Shown here: positions 58,303 to 64,000 of the stretch, piece by piece
Layout: each line of letters starts with the position of its first letter
Position numbering within the stretch: the first letter of the stretch is position 1
Source: Candidatus Latescibacterota bacterium
Lineage (GTDB): Bacteria; Latescibacterota; UBA2968; UBA8231
Assembly (NCBI GenBank): GCA_965261395.1
Contig: OZ253462.1
Coordinates: 6,208,001 to 6,272,000, forward strand
Direction of reading: 5' to 3'
Length of the DNA: 64,000 nt
Program-made: the position numbers and the translations under genes
Notes under the pieces: model-generated
What the model was told of the DNA's origin: nothing
Database searches by the model: none
The model's input: only the letters and a program-made list of their open reading frames with translations

Positions 58303-58923
58303 ATGTCCGCGAAAAAAGTGCCCAACCCAAAAGACGAGCTGCTTGAAATGCTGGACTCGAAGTACCGCAGCGAGCCTGAGAAGTTCCGTTCATATCTGCC
58401 TGAAGTAGCCCAAGCACTTGACAGCCTCAACCCCCCTCGTCGTCCAGGTAGGTCGCCGTTTGGCCTGACGGAGCGGGAGCGGCGACATCACCAACAGGCA
58501 TTGGCGCGAATCATGGAGGCGGAAGGCACACCATCCGCAGAGCAGGCATTCAAGGGCTTGGAACACTGCGCGACCCTGATTCAGGACGATGGCCTGCCGG
58601 AGGAATACAACTACGGAACCCTAGTGAAGCTGTTCAGAGCCGCCGTTGGCAAGTCCCCTAGCTCTTTTCGTGCACAGGAGACGATTGCTGTCGCTGCCGA
58701 CTGCTCGCCGACGGACGCTGTCGCCAAAGTCTCGCTCATAAAGGGCGTTTCCCTCGACCTCGACCGGGGAATGCGTCTCGTATCCATCACCGTCTTGCCT
58801 AGCAAAGTCCGACAGCGACGCAAGTTGCTCGCCTTCGTCGGCATAGGGCAGGACGCCAAATCCGACGTCGCCCTCCGCCACGACGAATACTTGGCCGAAC
58901 AGGATCCCCATGCCTCTTCCTGA
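58303..58923 (+). CDS. Hypothetical protein with VapB-like C-terminal motif
   Basis: Ends SDVALRHDEYLAE; overlaps PIN gene. Confidence 0.55.
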   Translation: MSAKKVPNPKDELLEMLDSKYRSEPEKFRSYLPEVAQALDSLNPPRRPGRSPFGLTERERRHHQQALARIMEAEGTPSAEQAFKGLEHCATLIQDDGLPEEYNYGTLVKLFRAAVGKSPSSFRAQETIAVAADCSPTDAVAKVSLIKGVSLDLDRGMRLVSITVLPSKVRQRRKLLAFVGIGQDAKSDVALRHDEYLAEQDPHASS

Positions 58924-59128
58924 AAAGGTTATCATAGATACGTCCGCCTTCTATGCCCTCATGTCGGCCAATGACTCCTTTCACCGGCGGGCCGCCGATA
59001 CCTACGAGCGGCTAATCGACCGGGAACAGGAGCTTTGGACTACGTCCTACGCCTTGGTGGAAACCATGGCCCTAGTTCACCGACGCCTCGGCTTCGCCGA
59101 GCGCAGCCTTCCCGTCATTCCTCGCTGA
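58910..59128 (+). pseudogene. Truncated PIN (VapC) toxin
   Basis: IIDTSAFYAL..D.FH..TTSYALVET..RRLG, then stops at 72 aa. Confidence 0.75.
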
Positions 59129-59189
59129 TCCGCCCTGCGATAGAATACGTCCGAGCCCCTATCGCACACGGCACCACAACGCGCAGACC

Positions 59190-59216
59190 GTCGGGGCCGA
59201 CCTGCGCGTCGGCCCT
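59190..59216. repeat. REP-like hairpin
   Basis: GGGCCGAC-ctgcgc-GTCGGCCC. Confidence 0.6.
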
Positions 59217-59288
59217 AAACCGGCCCCAGCTTTCCTTTCGCCCATCGCAATTATCAACGCAAGTGAACTCAACACACAGGAGGACGTT

Positions 59289-59828
59289 ATGGCCGCTAGC
59301 TTCAAGGAAATGACTGGATTTTTCAGGGAAATTGGTGCTGCCGACGTAGGGCATACCAACAAGACCTACTTGGCCCACTGCATCGGCGTGTACGGCGATA
59401 TGAAGAAGTGGGGAGGCGACGATGTGATGTGCCATGCCGCGCTCTTTCACTCCATATACGGCACCGAGCTGTTCCAAGATTTCGCTCTACCTGTTGAGCG
59501 CCGCGACCAAGTGCGGGCACTGATCGGCGAGCGGGCCGAATACTTGGCGTACGTCAATTGCGCCATGGTGCGCGATACCTTTGACGCCGCTGTGGAGCAG
59601 CACGGTGTTCCCTACGTGCTGCAAGACCGCTTGACCGGCAATCCCATCGAGATGACCGAGCAGGACTTCAACGACCTAGTAACGATTCACCTGTGTGACT
59701 GGCTGGAGCAGGTGGCGCGGTGGGGCCAATGGGACTATCGCCGCGAGGCATTCGAGAGCATGGCGCAGCGCTTGGGTGGCATCGCCGAGGAGCGGTTCGC
59801 CGAGGTTTTTGCTGGCCGCCTCAAATAG
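59289..59828 (+). CDS. DUF6817-like (HD-related) protein
   Basis: GHTNKTYLAHC..AALFHSIYGTE..LIGERAE; AGGAGG RBS. Confidence 0.75.
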   Translation: MAASFKEMTGFFREIGAADVGHTNKTYLAHCIGVYGDMKKWGGDDVMCHAALFHSIYGTELFQDFALPVERRDQVRALIGERAEYLAYVNCAMVRDTFDAAVEQHGVPYVLQDRLTGNPIEMTEQDFNDLVTIHLCDWLEQVARWGQWDYRREAFESMAQRLGGIAEERFAEVFAGRLK

Positions 59829-59859
59829 ACAGTGGTTAGGGGACTTTGATCTGTCCGGC

Positions 59860-59990
59860 CATAAAACCCAACCGACGAGACGCCGCCGTTTGGTCAGCTC
59901 GCTTGCGGACGAGGGTTTTGAGGTAGCCCCGGACCAATGCCGACACGGATGTGCCCAACTCCGCCGCCCGAATGCGGGCGAGCCGATGGG
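59860..59990 (-). pseudogene. Ribbon-helix-helix antitoxin remnant lacking its start
   Basis: Manual translation HRLARIRAAELGTSVSALVRGYLKTL. Confidence 0.55.
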
Positions 59991-59996
59991 TCTCTC

Positions 59997-61550
59997 TCAC
60001 CCCCGCTCCACGTCAAACGTCGCGACATTGCGCTCATCCTTGCTGAACTCCACGCCAATCAGGTGAATCGGCTGCTCCAAGGCTCGGTAATTGTCCGCGT
60101 AGCGCCGCTCCTGCAACTGCGCCAATGCCGCACCCGCTGCCGACAACTCGACCACCTTAAACTCAAACAGATAGACATGGCCGTTGAATAGAACCGCCAT
60201 GTCCAAACGACCGTGGCTGCTGCTGTCCTCCACGGTGATGTCCAATCCCAGCGCGGCGAAATAGGAGTAGAACACGCTGGCGTAGTACCCCTCGTAGCCG
60301 GCGATGTCGTTGTTAGTGTACCACTCGTAGGGAATGCTGGCGAAAAAGGCGTGGAACAGCGTCTCTAGTCCGGCGAAGTCGTTGGCTTCCAACAGCCGGT
60401 AGAGCTGGATGCTGTTGGCCATCTGCCGCGTCGAGTCCTGCACCAAGTAGCGCAGCAGGCTGCGGTTCAGGCTCTGCCGTACCTCCCGGTTGGGATAGTC
60501 CAAGCGATAAAGCATCTCGCCGCCCAGTTCCTCGGCGTCGGTTATCGTGAGGTAGCCGGTCTGGAACAGTAGCGCCTCGGTGGCGATATGATCGACGTCA
60601 AAGGTCGAGAGCAACTCGTCGCTGCCGACCATTTCACCAAGTTCTAGGGAACTGACGTGGCGTTTGCTCAGCGTTTCGACTAAAAACGTCGGCGTACCGG
60701 TCTCAAACCAATGAGCTTTGAATTCGCGGTTGCGAAACAGCAGCAGGATGTCGAATGGGTTGTACACCTTCTCGTCGCCGAGCCAACGATAGCCGTTGTA
60801 CCAGTCGCGGATTTGGTCTCGGTCGAGGCCGGGCAGTTCCGGTGCGAACACGGCGTCCAAATCGGCGTCTGAGTAGCCGCAGATCGCTGAATACTCCGGT
60901 TCAAGGGTAATGTCCGTGAGATTGTTGAGGCCAGAAAACAGGCTGACCTTGGAGAATTTGCTCACCCCGGTGATGAACGTGAAGCGGACGTGCGCGTCGC
61001 TGTCCTTGATGACCGCGTACAGGCCGCGCAAAAAGTCGCGGTTGGCGCGAGCTATATCCGGCACCTCCAGCGCATCTAAAATCGGCTTGTCGTATTCGTC
61101 GATCAGCACGGCCACCGGCTGCTCGGTTTGGCTGTGCAGTGCCTCCAACAGGTGCGCGAATCGCTCCGGTCCGGTGGGGTAGTCCGATGCCACACCCGTG
61201 CGACGTTCAACCGCGTCCAATTGCGCCATCAGATTTGTCTCCACGTAGCCGGGCACCTTGAAGTTGCCGCTGCCAAAGCTGAGCCGCAGGACCGGATGGC
61301 GCACCGACCAATCCCAACGGTCGTGGATGGACAGCCCCGCAAACAGCGGCTCGTTGCCCTCGAACACCTCCTTGAGCGTGTCCAAGAATAGGCTCTTGCC
61401 GAAGCGCCGGGGATGCGACAGGAAGTAGTGCTTGCCCTCGTTGAGCAGCCGACGAATGTAGGCGGTCTTGTCAACGTAGTAGCACTCGCGCTCGCGAATC
61501 TCGCGGAAGGTCTGAATGCCGATGGGGAGCAAGCGTTTGTTCATGGCCAT
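59997..61550 (-). CDS. AAA-ATPase-like + PD-(D/E)XK nuclease protein
   Basis: LPIGIQTF, YVDKT, PRRFGKSL, LIDEYDKP, GRLDM..FEFK..ALAQL. Confidence 0.9.
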   Translation of the reverse strand: MAMNKRLLPIGIQTFREIRERECYYVDKTAYIRRLLNEGKHYFLSHPRRFGKSLFLDTLKEVFEGNEPLFAGLSIHDRWDWSVRHPVLRLSFGSGNFKVPGYVETNLMAQLDAVERRTGVASDYPTGPERFAHLLEALHSQTEQPVAVLIDEYDKPILDALEVPDIARANRDFLRGLYAVIKDSDAHVRFTFITGVSKFSKVSLFSGLNNLTDITLEPEYSAICGYSDADLDAVFAPELPGLDRDQIRDWYNGYRWLGDEKVYNPFDILLLFRNREFKAHWFETGTPTFLVETLSKRHVSSLELGEMVGSDELLSTFDVDHIATEALLFQTGYLTITDAEELGGEMLYRLDYPNREVRQSLNRSLLRYLVQDSTRQMANSIQLYRLLEANDFAGLETLFHAFFASIPYEWYTNNDIAGYEGYYASVFYSYFAALGLDITVEDSSSHGRLDMAVLFNGHVYLFEFKVVELSAAGAALAQLQERRYADNYRALEQPIHLIGVEFSKDERNVATFDVERG

Positions 61551-61759
61551 TTCTCCTTGGGTCGGTCCCTCAGACCGCTTGGATGGGGCCGGGATGGCAG
61601 GAGACGGTAATGTTTTTCACGTTCATCGCCTTGCAGATGCTGTGTTTTACAGTGTATGGATAGGGCGATTGGTGTGCAACGGCACCACATCTGACCAGCC
61701 GCCATACATACATCTACTTGACGAGTAATCACATCGGCGATCTTCCCTAGCAAGACGCC

Positions 61760-61811
61760 GAGCGGTTCGCCGAGGTGTTCGCGGGCCGTCTTAAATAGGT
61801 ACAGTGGTCAG
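61760..61811 (+). repeat. Second copy of DUF6817 gene 3' end (59790-59839)
   Basis: Both encode ERFAEVFAGRLK*; five codon differences, all synonymous. Confidence 0.85.
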
Positions 61812-61878
61812 TAGTTAGTAGAGTAGAGCTAGGTCGCGGGGCACAGCCCACTGGACTGGCCAGACGCTCAATCAAATT

Positions 61879-61922
61879 GATTGGGCATTGAGGTCGTAGA
61901 GTTTGATGGCTTCGTCGCTGGT
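61879..61922 (+). repeat. 44-bp copy of lactonase gene segment 56545-56588
   Basis: 40/44 identical by manual alignment. Confidence 0.8.
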
Positions 61923-61926
61923 CCTA

Positions 61927-63366
61927 CTAGCCAGCAGCCTCGGCAGCAGCCGAAAGTTTTGCTACGTCAAATTTTGCGCCGTTAATGGTTATCGTCCCTG
62001 TAGCATAAAGGCCGTCGGCATCGACCGAAAACTTCATATCGAGTATCAACTCGGCCTCATGCGATCCAGAAAGGGTAACCTCTCCGCTCAGCGGAATGGG
62101 CGTCTGATCCAAGCCGACACTCAAGGCTCCGTTGACTATCAGCTCGCCATCGGGCGAATAATCCTGCAACGTCCAGTCGTTGTCGGCGATTTCTACTGAG
62201 CCGCCGCCCCGCCCTGGCACCGACGTCGTACCGGGAACCAGCGCGGAGAAGAAGATGTCCGTAAGACTGGAGACCAACGTGCTGTATAAGCCAATGATTT
62301 CAGGCGTTATCTCGACCGCAAAGCCCGGCCCGCTTTCTTCGACGTGGATTTCGATTTCCGGCGAGACGAAATCGGCATGGCCTCCGTGGTTGATTTTGAT
62401 GCGGATGGTGGTCTGGCCTTCCGCTAGGCCGATGATGTGAAAAGCCCAAGCATTGTTCTCGGCGTGATGTTCGACGTCGGCGATGCTCTCGTCGGTAATT
62501 TCCCAGTCAAGGGCGTAGTCATCGTCTTCGTCTGGGGTAAAGAGATCGCCGTCTTCGGCGATAAAGCGCACGGACAACAGGGCCGTTTTCAAGCCGTGGC
62601 CGACCTCAATCTCGCCGGTCACCTGACCGCTTTCAACGCGCACGATTTCAGTGCCGCTATCGCGTACAATCAGGCCGATGGCCTCGGCGTGTTCTTCTTC
62701 GTGCTCGGTATCGACGGGGGTGTTGTCAACACGCTCATAATCATCGTAGTAGTAGCCTCCATCCCCAGACTCCCACCCTAAAGCAAGCCAACCGTCAAAC
62801 ATCTTTATTTCATGGTCCCAACTCGGCCGAGTCTTAGTCTCTATCTCATCAAAGACCCGTAAATCCAGCAGCTCCAGCGTTTTTTCCCCTTTATACTCTT
62901 TCGTTTCTACGTCCCACATTCGGAAATAGGTTCCAATATGGTTGAATGCCCACTTACCACCGTCCGCATAGTACACGCCCATTTTACCGCGTCGCTCGCT
63001 ATAAAGGCTGGGCAAACCCAAATCGGCAAGTGCTGGATCATCCCAATCAGATGGGGAATAATACGAAAGCAGCGTGTAGTCGTAATACGTTACGCCCGGT
63101 TCGCCCGTTGGATTTGGGTCGGGCGCAAGCTCTATCCGCAACGTGTCCGCGGTCGAGATGTACTCACTGCCCCACCCATCACAGGCTGGACAATCAACAC
63201 TAAACCGACCCTGACCTGACCATGTACCCGCTATGCCCAAAATCGGCATCGGGCATTGTTCGGCCACAGCCTCGGTACGCTTGGCGGCACTAGGCGAAGT
63301 AGGACGGCCTACGTCACAGCCTAAGAAAACGGCGAAAGCGACAAGGGCTACGGTTACTTTATGCAT
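61927..63366 (-). CDS. Multi-domain hypothetical lipoprotein
   Basis: Start MHKVTVAL, lipobox FLGC; IAGTW; EHEEEHAE..HGGHADF His/acidic domain; beta-rich C-terminus. Confidence 0.65.
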   Translation of the reverse strand: MHKVTVALVAFAVFLGCDVGRPTSPSAAKRTEAVAEQCPMPILGIAGTWSGQGRFSVDCPACDGWGSEYISTADTLRIELAPDPNPTGEPGVTYYDYTLLSYYSPSDWDDPALADLGLPSLYSERRGKMGVYYADGGKWAFNHIGTYFRMWDVETKEYKGEKTLELLDLRVFDEIETKTRPSWDHEIKMFDGWLALGWESGDGGYYYDDYERVDNTPVDTEHEEEHAEAIGLIVRDSGTEIVRVESGQVTGEIEVGHGLKTALLSVRFIAEDGDLFTPDEDDDYALDWEITDESIADVEHHAENNAWAFHIIGLAEGQTTIRIKINHGGHADFVSPEIEIHVEESGPGFAVEITPEIIGLYSTLVSSLTDIFFSALVPGTTSVPGRGGGSVEIADNDWTLQDYSPDGELIVNGALSVGLDQTPIPLSGEVTLSGSHEAELILDMKFSVDADGLYATGTITINGAKFDVAKLSAAAEAAG

Positions 63367-63531
63367 GGTTAATCCCCTTTGGACGTGGGTGAGTTTCAGC
63401 GGCTGTGATCGCCGCAACCTGCGGCCAGCAGCCATCGAGATAGGCACAGGGCACAAAAAAGGGAGTGGGTCAGGAAATTGGAGGCCGCTTTGGCGCGGTT
63501 TTTGCCAAGCATAGAAAGCCCCGACGATGGC

Positions 63532-64000
63532 TTACTTCGGCGTACATTTGAGAACTTGATCGACATATAGCGGATCTTTCGACACGGCAGCACCGTCCTC
63601 CTCCCCCAAACTTTTCATAAATGCAAGCATCTCATTATCTATCGCTGTCGGCTTGCGCCAAGTGTTATCTACCACCTTGCCGCCGGCAAGTGCCATAACA
63701 TGTCTAGGAATTTCGATCAAATAGCCGGCCGGGTCATCTGGCCCAGCATGAGACTCAAGCCATGTTTCAAGAAGTTGGTGCGCCCAAGAATACTCGACGT
63801 TGAAAAATTGCCTGAGAATGGGGCTGTGTTCGTGTTTGTCTGTGAAGAGCACTCTTTCATCGAGAATTTCGGCGGCCCGCTTTTCCCCAAAATGGGCGAC
63901 CATCCGTTGCGCAGTGCCCGATTCTACTCTTTTAGACATTATCTGTGCGGCCATGTCGCCAGTGGAAAGCCCTGTCAGGGCAGATAGGGAGCAAACGCCG
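63532..64000 (-). CDS. Hypothetical protein, possibly papain-like fold, 5'-partial
   Basis: Frame open to window end (GVCSLSALTGLS); YLIEIPRHVMAL..GKVVDNTW. Confidence 0.45.
   Translation of the reverse strand, partial: GVCSLSALTGLSTGDMAAQIMSKRVESGTAQRMVAHFGEKRAAEILDERVLFTDKHEHSPILRQFFNVEYSWAHQLLETWLESHAGPDDPAGYLIEIPRHVMALAGGKVVDNTWRKPTAIDNEMLAFMKSLGEEDGAAVSKDPLYVDQVLKCTPK

Noticed and set aside
63395-63512. Possible c-di-GMP-type riboswitch upstream of the lipoprotein (GGCAAA followed by a small hairpin)
   Set aside because: Remaining consensus elements not found by eye; would need an Infernal/Rfam search

Overview
A GC-rich bacterial genomic window. The gene content resembles Ca. Latescibacterota / Gemmatimonadota / Poribacteria-type, often sponge-associated, genomes (inference from FlgD-Ig and T9SS-like tails, DUF6785-like membrane proteins, a secreted WD40 protein and a terminal WGxxK motif). 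The core backbone is an uncharacterised envelope/uptake-catabolism locus. It holds three paralogous secreted FlgD-Ig-tailed proteins ending in -VAY and two paralogous ~900-aa putative outer-membrane proteins ending in -YAGL(N/Q). It also holds a SurA-like foldase, a TPR lipoprotein, a CBM9/DOMON-like protein, an orphan family-5 solute-binding lipoprotein, two DUF6785-like membrane proteins, oxidoreductases, amidohydrolases, a PhyH-type dioxygenase and a lactonase. Accessory blocks are inserted in this backbone. (i) 2.9-9.9 kb: XRE-HTH/DUF4258, a HEPN-like gene and an SF2 helicase. (ii) A ~12.7 kb island (14537-27277) with Fic, toxin-antitoxin debris and a type II CBASS operon (CD-NTase, cap2, cap3, Cap4-SAVED) plus divergent capH/capP-like regulators; cap2 is split by an IS903-group IS5 element with a perfect 9-bp target duplication. 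(iii) A 17-repeat WD40 gene. (iv) TA remnants and an AAA/PD-(D/E)XK gene. Several inserts are bracketed by diverged, largely synonymous second copies of the 3' end of the neighbouring core gene, with no integrase in the window. No rRNA, tRNA or CRISPR array was recognised. All family assignments come from reading motifs, not database searches.
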